Positions 48,381-58,744 of a stretch of DNA of 64,000 nucleotides are shown piece after piece. Position numbers and translations under genes: made by a program. The notes beneath the pieces are model-generated. The model ran no database searches and had not been told where the DNA came from. It saw only the letters and a list, made by a program, of their open reading frames with translations. Source of the stretch: Candidatus Latescibacterota bacterium (GTDB taxonomy: Bacteria > Latescibacterota > UBA2968); assembly GCA_965204745.1 (NCBI GenBank), contig OZ242010.1, forward strand, positions 4,896,001 through 4,960,000, read 5' to 3'. Position 1 is the first letter of the stretch; each line of letters begins with the position of its first letter.

Positions 48381-49300
48381 TGGTGAACGTTATGGCAAAG
48401 AAAAGCACATCGCCGATATTTTTGGACGAGGTGCCGACGGAAAGTGCCCATGTCGTTTATACCCGAAGCCGGCGGCGGATCGTGTTTGGATGGTACGGGG
48501 GCAAGTTTTCACATTTGGACTGGCTACTTCCCCTGCTTCCAAAGTGCCATCACTATTGCGAGCCCTTTGCCGGATCCGGGGCAGTGTTGCTCAATCGGGT
48601 GCCATCTCCTGTTGAAACGTACAATGACATCGACGGGGAGGTCGTCAACTTTTTTTGCGTGTTGCGCGACCAGCACGAAGAATTGATCCGGGCCATTGCG
48701 TTGACGCCATTTTCCCGAGAAGAATATTATCGCGCGATTTACGCGCCCCAAAATGGCATCGGCGATGTCGAGCGGGCCAGACGCTTTTACGTCAAAGCGC
48801 GACAGACCCGAACCGGGCTTGCCCAAACCGCGTCGCTGGGGCGTTGGGCGAATTGCAAAAATACGAGCCGCGCCGGCATGTCGGGCGTGGTTTCGCGCTG
48901 GCTCGGCGGCGTAGATGCACTCCACGACATTGCCCAACGCTTGTTGCGGGTTCAGATCGACAACCGACCTGCAAGCGATGTGATTCGCCTTTACGACAGT
49001 CCGCAGACCTTGTTCTATTGCGATCCCCCGTACTTGCATGCGACTCGGGGCGATGCGAAGGCGTACGGATTTGAGATGGATGAAACTCAGCACCGGGAAT
49101 TTGCGGAAATCGTCAATGCGTGCAACGGCATGGTCGCGGTTTCCGGCTATGCCCATCCCCTTATGGACGCGCTGTTCGAGCCGGGAAAATGGTTCAAAAC
49201 TCTGGGGCATCGCAAAACCATTCACTCCACCAAAGGCACGCGCCAAGAAGTGCTTTGGACGAATTACGACCCGCAAAAACAAATGGGACTGTTTGAATGA
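48380..49300 (+). CDS. DNA adenine methyltransferase (Dam/D12 class)
   Basis: WYGGK, EPFAGSG, NDID, YCDPPY; TGATG overlap with the parE stop (alternative start 48392). Confidence 0.92.
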   Translation: MVNVMAKKSTSPIFLDEVPTESAHVVYTRSRRRIVFGWYGGKFSHLDWLLPLLPKCHHYCEPFAGSGAVLLNRVPSPVETYNDIDGEVVNFFCVLRDQHEELIRAIALTPFSREEYYRAIYAPQNGIGDVERARRFYVKARQTRTGLAQTASLGRWANCKNTSRAGMSGVVSRWLGGVDALHDIAQRLLRVQIDNRPASDVIRLYDSPQTLFYCDPPYLHATRGDAKAYGFEMDETQHREFAEIVNACNGMVAVSGYAHPLMDALFEPGKWFKTLGHRKTIHSTKGTRQEVLWTNYDPQKQMGLFE

Positions 49301-50418
49301 ATCCCGAAGAAATTTTGCGCGACATTTACGAACGCGCTGTGGCAACTTTGAACACCACTGTGATTCCCGACCCCGTCATAAGAGAGCGGGCGGATTATGT
49401 GTGTCGATGTCTGAGTAACCGCGCCGGTGCGCGTTTGCTCATGTCCTGTTTGCTTGGAAAACTCGACAATCCCGCTGTCGATCCGCGCAAACCATATACC
49501 GAGATCGGCGATGCGGATAGCTTTTCGGGTCGTACCTATGATGAGCGGTTTTTGACTAAGTTCATCAGCGAACACCGCTTGCCCGTCAATGTCACCACGG
49601 CATTTCTCACGCCGACACTGCGGAATATCGATCATCCCTTGACCACTGATCGAAAGTTGATCGGCAGGCCGCGCAAATTGTACGAAAAGACGCTCGAACT
49701 TCTCGAAGATGTGTTTGTGCAAAATATCGCCGCCGATGTGTTGTTTGTAGAGACCGTACGTGTTTTGCTACTGATGCGCGATGAAAAGCTGGCGCGCATG
49801 AACTCGTTGCTAAACGCATTGGCGCGAACCGAGGGTGCTTTGCCCTTGTCCTCTGAGGCTATTGTGACGCTGATCGACCAACACCTCGCCTGTAAAAACG
49901 CAAGTCGTTTACCAGTGTTGGTCGTGGCGGCTGCGTACGAAGCGGCGGGTACGCGCCTTTCTGAAAGCATGCTGCCGCTCAACCCACACACTGCCGCTGA
50001 TTTGCAAACCGGGTCATTGGGTGATGTGGAAATTTGTCTGATCGGCGAGGATGATGTTGTCACTGTATTCGAGATGAAGATGAAGCGCGTGACACAGGAC
50101 GATATTGACGCCGCAGTGATCAAACTATCCAGAGCATCGCATAAAATCCATAATTACCTGTTCGTGACGACGGAGGTTATCGATCCCATCGTAGCCGAAT
50201 ATGCGGCGACATTCTACGAGAAGACCGACGGAACCGAAATCGCCATTCTCGACTGTATGGGATTTTTGAGACATTTTCTGCATTTGTTCCACCGCATCCG
50301 CATTGACTATCTCAATGCCTACCAAGCGTTGGTATTGAATGAGCCAGATTCGGCTGTTAGCCAAACGCTCAAAGAGGTATTTTTAACGTTGCGACACACC
50401 GCTGAAAGTGGCGAGTGA
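49297..50418 (+). CDS. Putative type II restriction endonuclease (PD-(D/E)xK, SacI-like)
   Basis: SGRTYDE, AAD...GSLGDVE...FEMK; ATGA-coupled to the MTase. Confidence 0.7.
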   Translation: MNPEEILRDIYERAVATLNTTVIPDPVIRERADYVCRCLSNRAGARLLMSCLLGKLDNPAVDPRKPYTEIGDADSFSGRTYDERFLTKFISEHRLPVNVTTAFLTPTLRNIDHPLTTDRKLIGRPRKLYEKTLELLEDVFVQNIAADVLFVETVRVLLLMRDEKLARMNSLLNALARTEGALPLSSEAIVTLIDQHLACKNASRLPVLVVAAAYEAAGTRLSESMLPLNPHTAADLQTGSLGDVEICLIGEDDVVTVFEMKMKRVTQDDIDAAVIKLSRASHKIHNYLFVTTEVIDPIVAEYAATFYEKTDGTEIAILDCMGFLRHFLHLFHRIRIDYLNAYQALVLNEPDSAVSQTLKEVFLTLRHTAESGE

Positions 50419-50434
50419 ACGGAGGAATTGTTTT

Positions 50435-52954
50435 ATGAATCCGTCAGTTGGTTTGATCGAAAAGGGGTGTGAGTTAAACATTATCGCCATTGACGAGGCA
50501 GAAGACAGAATTACGTATCGTCTTGGGAAGGAGAAGCAGTACGCTTGGAGCGATCCGGAGGAGAAAGTGCGTGCGGGCATTGTGCTCGACTTGATTTTCA
50601 ACTATCAATATTCTCCCCGACGTTTGGATACGGAAGTCGCCATTCCCAGTCGGACGCCCAAGCATTGGGCGGATGTGGTCGTCTTCAAGGATGATGGGCG
50701 CAAAGACCCATATATTACCATAGAGACAGCGGCCCCTCATATCACCGAAAGGGAGCGCGCCCAGAAAAGGGAGCAGTTGTTTGGGTATGCGAACGCGCTT
50801 GCCTCAGAGTTCGCGGTCTATGAAGACGCGGTATCGCCGAGAAAGCACTGGCGCGTGCGCGGATATGGCGGTTTGGAGCGCGATGAGAATATCATCGCCG
50901 ATATTCCGTCCAATTACGGCGACACGCCCGAGTACCGGTATTACCGTTCCAGCGATAGCGATCTCACACAGGTCAACGCTGCAGAACTCAATCGCATCTT
51001 CAATCAGTGTCACAATGTCTTGTGGTCGGGGGGCAAGTCGGACCCCACCGAATCCTTCGACGAAATGAGCAAGCTCCTGTTTGCCAAATTACACGATGAG
51101 CAACGCACGCGGAATGGCGAAGCCTACGATTTTCAATGGGGAAAAAATGAGACGGGCATCATGGTGGCGCAGCGCGTGCGTGATCGCTACCAAAAAGCGC
51201 GGGAACACACTCCTGGGATATTCGTCGCGGATATCGAAGCCGAGCCAGAGAAAATCGCAACGGTCGTGCAACTGTTGCAACGGGTTTCATTGCGCCGCAC
51301 GGATCCAGACGCGAAGGGCAGGGCTTTCGAGCAGTTTCTCGGCAATGTGTTCCGCGGGCGATTGGGGCAGTACTTTACCCGGCGCGAAATCGTGGATTGC
51401 CTCGTGGATATCATCGAACCTACGGATGACGACCTCTTGCTCGATCCTTCCTGTGGAAGCGGTGGCTTTTTGATCTATGCTATGAAGCGGATCTTCCAAA
51501 AAATCGAGATCGATTACGCAGGCGATGAGGCGACGATCTTGAACTTGAAAAAGAATTTTGCCCAACGGCGCATTTACGGCATAGAAATCAATGAGCGGAT
51601 AGCGCGAATCGCTATGATGGATATGGTTATCAATGAAGATGGGCATACGAATATTGAAAATCACACGGCATTAGACGACGCATTTGCCCATGACGAGATC
51701 AAAGACGGCGTTTTCTCTATGATTTTGACGAACCCCCCGTTCGGCAACCAAGTCATGCGCGGACAACGCGACCAACTTGGACGGGCGGACTTGGACGACT
51801 ACGTGCTCGCACAGGGCAGGTCTTCGGCGAAATCCGAATTGTTGTTCATCGAGCGATGTACGCGGTTTTTGCGGCCGGGAGGCAAGTTGGGCATCGTGTT
51901 GCCCGATGGCATTTTGTCCAATCCATCGGACAGGCGGGTTCGGGACTACCTGTTGGCGCATTTTCAAATCATCGCCATTATTTCGCTTCCCCATTATGCA
52001 TTTCGCATGGCGGGTTCTGGCATAAAGACGAGTATCGTCATTGCGCGAAAGTGGACGAGGGAGATGGACAGGGCCGCCGATTATCCGATGTTCATGGCAA
52101 TAGCCAAACGCATCGGCTACGACGCAACTGCGCGGCCCGACAGCAATGACTTGCCCGGTCTGGTGGCCCATTTTCGAGACCAGACCGGATCACTCGATGA
52201 GAATATCGTGCGCGTTTTTAGACGCGATATAATGGGAATGAAGCGACTCGATCCGCTTTACCATTACTTGGGGCCTATCATAGATAGGGAATTTGAGAAC
52301 ATTCCGCACCCGGTTCATTTGCTCAAATCCGTTGTGGAAGCGCCGATTCAAAGTGGAAAATCTCCGCAAGGGGGTGCGAAATACAGCATTGGGACAGTGC
52401 CTATCCTGTTGGTGGGCAATATCACGCCGCACGGGACATTGACGCTGGAAGACCTCGCGTACGCCGACGAGGATTTTTTTGAGTCCAATTGGGCTAAAGC
52501 AGGCGTTCGCCCCATGGACATCCTCGTCGCCAAAGATGGTGCGACGACGGGTAAAGTTGGATTGATACCTTCGGATTTCGAGATGGATCGGTGCTTGATT
52601 AGCGAGCATATCTTCAAATTCTCGGTCAGTGCTGTGCTTCCCGGTGATGAGGATATTCAAGGCGATGGATTTGAAGCGAAAAAACGCAATACCGATTACG
52701 TGTTCTTCTTTTTGAAATCCCATCTGGGACAACGACAAATCATCCGCGAAATATCGGGCGGTGCCCAAGGTGGCATTACCAAAGCATTCATGGAGAAAAT
52801 CCGCATCCCCATACTCCCCATCGCTGAACGCGTCCGTTTTGTCCAGCGTGCCCGCCAAGAGTATGACCACTACTTAACGTTGACAACGCGAGCGGAAGCG
52901 CAGTACGCGAGATTTGAAAACGCGCTTTCGTTCAGGGGTTTTGACGGGGCATGA
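50435..52954 (+). CDS. Single-chain R-M protein: HsdR_N-like domain + N6-adenine MTase + one TRD (type IIG-like)
   Basis: PEEKVR...ADVVVF...IE; GQYFTRR, DPSCGSGG, TNPPFG; C-terminal TRD-like DILVAKDGATTGKV...IPILP. Confidence 0.85.
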   Translation: MNPSVGLIEKGCELNIIAIDEAEDRITYRLGKEKQYAWSDPEEKVRAGIVLDLIFNYQYSPRRLDTEVAIPSRTPKHWADVVVFKDDGRKDPYITIETAAPHITERERAQKREQLFGYANALASEFAVYEDAVSPRKHWRVRGYGGLERDENIIADIPSNYGDTPEYRYYRSSDSDLTQVNAAELNRIFNQCHNVLWSGGKSDPTESFDEMSKLLFAKLHDEQRTRNGEAYDFQWGKNETGIMVAQRVRDRYQKAREHTPGIFVADIEAEPEKIATVVQLLQRVSLRRTDPDAKGRAFEQFLGNVFRGRLGQYFTRREIVDCLVDIIEPTDDDLLLDPSCGSGGFLIYAMKRIFQKIEIDYAGDEATILNLKKNFAQRRIYGIEINERIARIAMMDMVINEDGHTNIENHTALDDAFAHDEIKDGVFSMILTNPPFGNQVMRGQRDQLGRADLDDYVLAQGRSSAKSELLFIERCTRFLRPGGKLGIVLPDGILSNPSDRRVRDYLLAHFQIIAIISLPHYAFRMAGSGIKTSIVIARKWTREMDRAADYPMFMAIAKRIGYDATARPDSNDLPGLVAHFRDQTGSLDENIVRVFRRDIMGMKRLDPLYHYLGPIIDREFENIPHPVHLLKSVVEAPIQSGKSPQGGAKYSIGTVPILLVGNITPHGTLTLEDLAYADEDFFESNWAKAGVRPMDILVAKDGATTGKVGLIPSDFEMDRCLISEHIFKFSVSAVLPGDEDIQGDGFEAKKRNTDYVFFFLKSHLGQRQIIREISGGAQGGITKAFMEKIRIPILPIAERVRFVQRARQEYDHYLTLTTRAEAQYARFENALSFRGFDGA

Positions 52955-52986
52955 GTTGATCTCTCGTATTTGAAAAAGGAAAAACA

Positions 52987-54888
52987 ATGGCTTATATCGA
53001 CTCTTTGTTCGACCGGTATTTTTTGGAGCACGCCTCTTATGTCGTCAAGGACCGCGCGATTCCCGACATTGACGACGGTCTCAAACCCGTGCAGCGGCGG
53101 ATTTTGCACGCGCTCAAAGAGCAGGACGACGGCAAGTTCCACAAGGTTGCCAATGTCGTGGGGCAGACGATGAAGTATCACCCGCACGGCGACCAGTCCA
53201 TTTACGGCGCGCTGGTTCATCTGGCGAACAAGGACCTGTTCATCGAGAAGCAGGGCAATTTCGGCAACATCTTTACCGGCGACGAAGCCTCGGCCGCGCG
53301 CTACATCGAATGCAGGCTCACGCGGCTCGCCAAAGACGTGCTCTTCAACCCGGAAATCACCGAGACCGTGGAATCCTACGACGGGCGGAACAGGGAACCG
53401 GTCGCGTTTCCGGCCAAAATCCCGGTGTTGCTCGCGCAGGGCACAGAGGGCATTGCGCCGGGTATGACCACGCGGGTGTTGCCCCACAACCCGATTGAAT
53501 TGTTGCGCGCCCAAATCGCGTACCTCAAAGGCAAAGCCTTTCGGGTCTTTCCGGATTTTCCAACCGGCGGGTCGGTCGATGTCGCCGAATACGCGGATGG
53601 CAATGGCAAAGTGCGCGTGCGCGCCAAACTCGACACGCAAAACCCCAAGCGCATTGTCGTGCGCGAATTGCCCTTTGGCGCGACCTCTGAATCCCTCATC
53701 GCGTCCATTGAAAACGCCGCGCGCAAAAACAAACTCAAAATCGCGGGCATCAGCGATTACACGGGCGAGCGGGTCGAGATTGAAATTCGCTTGGCCCGAG
53801 GCGTCCACGCCAAGGATACGGTGGACGCGCTCTACGCTTTCACGGATTGCGAGCAGGCCATCGGCACCCATGCCCTGGTCATCAAGGAGAACCGCCCGCA
53901 CATCGCCACGGTCAGCGATATACTCAAGCACAATGCGGACCGCACGGTCGAGATTCTCACCGCGGAACTCAAAATTGAGCAACGGCAAGTGCGCGACAAA
54001 TTGCACATCAAGACCCTCGAACAGGTCTTCATCGAAAACCGCATTTACCAAGCCATTGAGGACATTGCCAACTCGACCGACATGCGCCGGGCCGTGCGCG
54101 ACGGGCTTTTGCCCTTGCAATCGAAGATCAAGCGCAAGGTCAAAGATGAAGACCTCGACGCGCTCTTGCAAATGCCCATTCGCCGGATTTCGCGCTACGA
54201 CCTCGCCAAAGCCAAGCGCGAGATGCGCGAGATGCGCGCCCGCCTCCGGGAACTCAAGGCCAATCTCGACACCATAACCGGCTTTGCCATTGGCTTTCTC
54301 GAATCCCTGATCGACCAGTACAAAGACCAGTACCCTCGCCGCACCGAAGTTGCGACCTTTGATCGGGTGGATGTGCGCGAAGTGGCGCAGCGCAACCTCA
54401 AACTGCGCTACGACAAAAAGACCGGGTACCTCGGCTACAATGTCAATGGCAATGTGCTCATGGATGTGTCGCAATACGACCGCGTGCTCGTCATTCGCAA
54501 GACCGGAACGTATTCCCTGTACGAAGCCCCGGATCGCCTCTTCGTGGATAAAGGCATGCTCTTTTGCGACTTTGTCGATCCCGAACGCGTGTTCACCATC
54601 ATCTACCGGGAGAAGGACACGCAGTACCCCTGCATCAAACGCTGTGTGCTCGACAAATTCATCCTGAACAGGGGCTACGAACTCGTGCCCCCGGACTGCC
54701 GCGTGCTCAAACTGACCACGGACCGCGACATCGCGGTTCACGTCTCGTACAAACCCAAACCCCGCACGCGCATCCGCGAAGGAGCATTCGACATTGAGGA
54801 CTACGCGATCCGCGGCAAAACCACCAAGGGCCTGCGCCTGGCCCGGCACGAGGTCAAAAGCGTCAAGTTCATCAAATCCAAAGCATGA
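52987..54888 (+). CDS. parC: DNA topoisomerase IV subunit A
   Basis: RAIP..DDGLKPVQRRIL, YHPHGD, QGNFG, AARYIE (catalytic Tyr). Confidence 0.93.
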   Translation: MAYIDSLFDRYFLEHASYVVKDRAIPDIDDGLKPVQRRILHALKEQDDGKFHKVANVVGQTMKYHPHGDQSIYGALVHLANKDLFIEKQGNFGNIFTGDEASAARYIECRLTRLAKDVLFNPEITETVESYDGRNREPVAFPAKIPVLLAQGTEGIAPGMTTRVLPHNPIELLRAQIAYLKGKAFRVFPDFPTGGSVDVAEYADGNGKVRVRAKLDTQNPKRIVVRELPFGATSESLIASIENAARKNKLKIAGISDYTGERVEIEIRLARGVHAKDTVDALYAFTDCEQAIGTHALVIKENRPHIATVSDILKHNADRTVEILTAELKIEQRQVRDKLHIKTLEQVFIENRIYQAIEDIANSTDMRRAVRDGLLPLQSKIKRKVKDEDLDALLQMPIRRISRYDLAKAKREMREMRARLRELKANLDTITGFAIGFLESLIDQYKDQYPRRTEVATFDRVDVREVAQRNLKLRYDKKTGYLGYNVNGNVLMDVSQYDRVLVIRKTGTYSLYEAPDRLFVDKGMLFCDFVDPERVFTIIYREKDTQYPCIKRCVLDKFILNRGYELVPPDCRVLKLTTDRDIAVHVSYKPKPRTRIREGAFDIEDYAIRGKTTKGLRLARHEVKSVKFIKSKA

Positions 54889-54915
54889 TCGATCCGCTTC
54901 ATCAGGGAGGCATTT

Positions 54916-54975
54916 ATGAGTCATCCAATTTATCGCATCCTGTCATTCGAAATTAAGGAATCCGCGGCGTTCTAA
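54916..54975 (+). pseudogene. Probable N-terminal remnant of a DUF2442-like antitoxin
   Basis: GGAGG RBS then MSHPIYRILSFEI..., stop after 19 aa. Confidence 0.4.
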
Positions 54976-54991
54976 AGGATGGAGAAACAGC

Positions 54992-56422
54992 ATGGCAAAT
55001 TCTAACTTGACAGGAGACGCGGGTTGTAAAAACAACACCGCACACAGAGACCTACTCGAAAAGAAATACGCGCATCTGATTACCCACAATCCCCAACTCA
55101 ACAGAACCCTCGTCAGCTTTCAGGCAAACAAAAACACGCCGTATTACCGGTGGTTTAAGTACAAAGAGGGCTTCTCCGCGCAGATGGTTCACTATCTCCT
55201 GAACACCTTGACAGCAAAACGCGGCGCGTTATTGGATCCGTTCTCCGGAACGGGGACCGCGCTGTTCGCATCGCAGGAGTCTGGATGGAAAGCAACCGGC
55301 ATTGAGTTGCTCCCGGTAGGATGTGCGATCACCAAAGCGCGACAGGCCGCGGAGCAGGTGGAACAGAAAGCGTTGCAGAAAGAAATGGAAACCATCCGCG
55401 ACATGGATTTTTCCACGATCAAACCCCATAGCCCCATCAAGCACATCGCGATTACCGAAGGCGCGTTTTCCCAAGAGACGGAAGCGCAACTGAACGGCTA
55501 TCTAACCTATTGCGAAAATCAGATTGAAGCCCCTCACCTCAAAACGTTTCTCCGTTTTGCCGCTTTTTGCATTCTAGAAAAAATCAGCTATACGAGAAAG
55601 GACGGTCAGTATCTCCGCTGGGATTATCGCGCGGGCCGAACCCGAGTCAAATCGAAATTTGACAAGGGAAAAGTCTATCCATTCAAAGAAGCACTGCAAC
55701 TGCAACTCAATCTGATGGTCGAAGACCTGCTTTGCGACGACATGGATCTTTTCAAAAGGGAAAATGCAAAAAAAGAACCGCGCCTCCGGCTGATTCAAGG
55801 CTCTTGCCTCGAAGAACTGTGCAAATTTGACGACGGGTGTTTTGACTTTGTTTTGACCTCTCCTCCGTATTGCAACCGCTATGATTACACGCGCACGTAC
55901 GCGCTCGAACTAATATTTTTGAACAGAGGCGAGGCAGAAGTCAAGCACTTGCGACAACAAATGCTATCCTGCACCGTCGAAAACAAAGAAAAGGTCGAAT
56001 CCCTGAAAACCCAATACGAAAAACGCAAAGCCTTTTTTCAACGGGTCGTTTCCGCTTTCAACAACCACAACGCACTTCAAGAAGTGCTCTATTGCCTGAA
56101 CACATACAAGCGGGAAGGCCAGTTGAACAATGCGAATATCCCGCGCATGGTCGCCAATTACTTCCTCGAAATGGCCTTGGTCATATTTGAAATGGGCAGG
56201 GTGCTCAAGTCAGGCGGAAAGGTCGCTATGGTGAACGACAATGTCAGGTACGCAGGAGAGGAGATCCCCGTCGATCTGATTCTCTCTGACTTTGCAGAGA
56301 CTGCGGGCCTATCTACCAAAAACATCTGGGTCTTGGGAACGGGCAAAGGGAATAGCAGCCAGCAGATGGGCAAATACGGCCGCGCAGAATTGCGAAAATG
56401 CGTGTATGTTTGGGAAAAATGA
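54992..56422 (+). CDS. DNA N4-cytosine methyltransferase (M.AvaI/M.BsoBI-like)
   Basis: WFKYKEGFS, LDPFSGTGT, TSPPY; partner of the adjacent REase. Confidence 0.9.
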   Translation: MANSNLTGDAGCKNNTAHRDLLEKKYAHLITHNPQLNRTLVSFQANKNTPYYRWFKYKEGFSAQMVHYLLNTLTAKRGALLDPFSGTGTALFASQESGWKATGIELLPVGCAITKARQAAEQVEQKALQKEMETIRDMDFSTIKPHSPIKHIAITEGAFSQETEAQLNGYLTYCENQIEAPHLKTFLRFAAFCILEKISYTRKDGQYLRWDYRAGRTRVKSKFDKGKVYPFKEALQLQLNLMVEDLLCDDMDLFKRENAKKEPRLRLIQGSCLEELCKFDDGCFDFVLTSPPYCNRYDYTRTYALELIFLNRGEAEVKHLRQQMLSCTVENKEKVESLKTQYEKRKAFFQRVVSAFNNHNALQEVLYCLNTYKREGQLNNANIPRMVANYFLEMALVIFEMGRVLKSGGKVAMVNDNVRYAGEEIPVDLILSDFAETAGLSTKNIWVLGTGKGNSSQQMGKYGRAELRKCVYVWEK

Positions 56423-56423
56423 T

Positions 56424-57398
56424 CTAAAGATCGACCAACCAATTCACCAGTGTTTCAATCTGTTTTGGTTTGCATAAATTTGCTACGCCGGTCAGTTTTC
56501 CCTCTTTTAGGCGTTCGATAATTTCTCGAGCCATTGCTACCTCTATAGCAGCACCGATAAAAATCAATTCGGGCACATGCGTTGAAAAACTGCTCGCAAT
56601 TCGATCAAGCGCGGCCCTTGCTGTCTTCCAGTGTTCATCCGCTCCCGCTGGATCGATACCTCCTTTTAATTCTCCACACAGGATGTAATTTTCCTCCTCT
56701 CTTAGCAATGCCCTCATTTCAATCCGTGAGAAAATTGTCCTAGGCGTTCCTATGAGAATCATATCTATATTATTTCCTTTGGAACCGACAAAAGGGCATG
56801 TCGTATTGAAAGCGAGAACTCGCCCCGGCCATTGCAAAGCACTCAGCCCGCTTTCAAGAAGCACTTTGGTATCTGTCCCAAGTAGATTCAAAAAATTAAG
56901 TCTGCTACGCGGCAAATAGCTCACGCCAACACATTTATATTTTGTCTGCATCCGATTCAAAAGATATTCCCCAAATTTGATCTCGGCTTGCCTACCCGTA
57001 TCATTGCGCTTGACGCCTCCGAGTTGATCCCCACAATTCAGGGTATAGCGATACAAAATCGTCTCGGTCACATCCTGCTTAAGCAAGTCTTGCTCCCTTT
57101 CGCTGAGGTGCTGTCTCAACAGTCTTTTTGTTTTTTCGAGACCAATCGCGCTTTTGGCCTTTTCTGTAAATCCCGACGCCCCCATGAGGATTTCCATGAT
57201 CTCCTGGTCTTGTTCCGCTGCATTGAGCAAGTTTGTCAATCCCGGGCCGATATGTTCCAACTTGCTTTTGGCTTTCATGATTCTATCGACAAATGGCGAC
57301 GCCAATTCAAATTGTCTCATGGCCTGCTGAAGAAACCCTTCGGCGATTTCCTCCCAAGTGGTTGTGATCTCCAAAGGATCGCGATAAATGGATTGCAT
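56424..57398 (-). CDS. AvaI/BsoBI family type II restriction endonuclease
   Basis: GD.LGG..RN, NID, GELKGGIDPAGADEHWKTA, FIGAAIE..MA. Confidence 0.9.
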   Translation of the reverse strand: MQSIYRDPLEITTTWEEIAEGFLQQAMRQFELASPFVDRIMKAKSKLEHIGPGLTNLLNAAEQDQEIMEILMGASGFTEKAKSAIGLEKTKRLLRQHLSEREQDLLKQDVTETILYRYTLNCGDQLGGVKRNDTGRQAEIKFGEYLLNRMQTKYKCVGVSYLPRSRLNFLNLLGTDTKVLLESGLSALQWPGRVLAFNTTCPFVGSKGNNIDMILIGTPRTIFSRIEMRALLREEENYILCGELKGGIDPAGADEHWKTARAALDRIASSFSTHVPELIFIGAAIEVAMAREIIERLKEGKLTGVANLCKPKQIETLVNWLVDL

Positions 57399-57568
57399 CT
57401 AATTTTCCTCTGTTATGGATGCGGGTGATTTTTTTGATTGCCTATTAACTTGCTGTCTGGTCGTGCGGTCACGTCAAGGATTTTGCAACAGATAAGATAC
57501 AAGAGGCCAAGATCAAATCAATTTAACAAAAAATAAGTCTCCGGTAGTGGGGAAGATCCAGGGGGCAT

Positions 57569-58714
57569 CTAAACGCCTCGCAACGCCTGCTCGAAATCCG
57601 CGCACAAATCCGCTGTGGCTTCGATGCCGACGGCCACGCGGATCAACTCATCGGCAATCCCGGCGGCGGCTCGCGCTTGGGGGGTCAAGCCCGCGTGGGA
57701 GGTTTGCGCGGGGCGGGTAATCAGGGTTTCGACCCCGCCCAGGCTCGGCGCGGAAATGGGCAGTTGCAAGCGCGCGATCACCCCATCGGCAACGCGCCTA
57801 TCGCCCCTCAACTCAAAACTCAACACCCCGCCGCATCCGTCAAACAGCGCGCTCGCCCGGTCGCGCTGCGGATGGCAGGGCAAGCCCGGGTAATTCACGC
57901 GGCACACGGCCGGATGCGCGTCCAAAAACGCGGCCAATGCCTGTGCGTTCTCGTTTTGTTTTTTCACGCGCAACCACAGGGTCTTCATCCCGCGTAGCAA
58001 CAAAAAACAGGCGTGTGGATCCAAACACCCGCCCAAGAGATTCAAGCGATGCGCGATGCGCGTCACCCAATCGCATGTGCCGATCACACAGCCCGCCACG
58101 ATGTCCGAATGCCCATTCAAATATTTTGTGCAACTGTGCAACGACAGGTCAAAGCCCAGTTCCAAGGGCCGAAAATTTACGGGAGACGCAAAGGTGTTGT
58201 CGATCAACGAAACGAGGCCATGGGAGCGGGCAAACGCGACAACGCCCGGCAGGTCTGCCACTTCGAGTAGGGGATTGCTCATGGTCTCCACATAGATGGC
58301 CCGCGTCTCGGGCCGCATGAGCTTCTCCCATGCCTTCGGTTCATCGCCCGGAACAAAATCCACGTCAATGCCAAAGTCACCGATATCGCGTGTCAAAAAG
58401 GAGTGCGTCCCGCCGTAGAGACAATTTTGCGCCAACAGGTGGTCGCCCTTTTTCAGCACGGTCAACAGCGCGGTGGTGATCGCCGCCATCCCGGACGCCG
58501 TGACCAGAGCCGCTTCCCCGCCTGCAATCCGCGCCAATTTCTCGTGCAAGACCCTGTGATTGGGGGTGTTGTTCAGGCGTGCGTATTTGATCTCGTCGTA
58601 AGGCGTATCCCCGCGATGTTCAAACGTGGCACTCTGAAACACGGGCAACGCGACCGCGCCATCGTGTGCTTTGGTTTCCTCACCTGCGTGGATGAGTTGG
58701 GTTTGGATGTTCAT
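57569..58714 (-). CDS. PLP-dependent Cys/Met metabolism enzyme (cystathionine gamma-synthase/lyase family)
   Basis: ASGMAAI, LYGGT, DNTFASP, HSCTKYLNGHSD, SLGGVE. Confidence 0.93.
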   Translation of the reverse strand: MNIQTQLIHAGEETKAHDGAVALPVFQSATFEHRGDTPYDEIKYARLNNTPNHRVLHEKLARIAGGEAALVTASGMAAITTALLTVLKKGDHLLAQNCLYGGTHSFLTRDIGDFGIDVDFVPGDEPKAWEKLMRPETRAIYVETMSNPLLEVADLPGVVAFARSHGLVSLIDNTFASPVNFRPLELGFDLSLHSCTKYLNGHSDIVAGCVIGTCDWVTRIAHRLNLLGGCLDPHACFLLLRGMKTLWLRVKKQNENAQALAAFLDAHPAVCRVNYPGLPCHPQRDRASALFDGCGGVLSFELRGDRRVADGVIARLQLPISAPSLGGVETLITRPAQTSHAGLTPQARAAAGIADELIRVAVGIEATADLCADFEQALRGV

Positions 58715-58744
58715 GGTTGTCTCAGAGGTTAGAGGTCAGTTGTC

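Noticed and set aside
46518-54888. Calling the topoisomerase genes gyrB/gyrA
   Set aside because: Short subunits, no GyrA-box seen, and the sequence style fits the divergent topoisomerase IV clade
52870-54924. 684-aa minus-strand ORF
   Set aside because: Codon-register antisense shadow of parC
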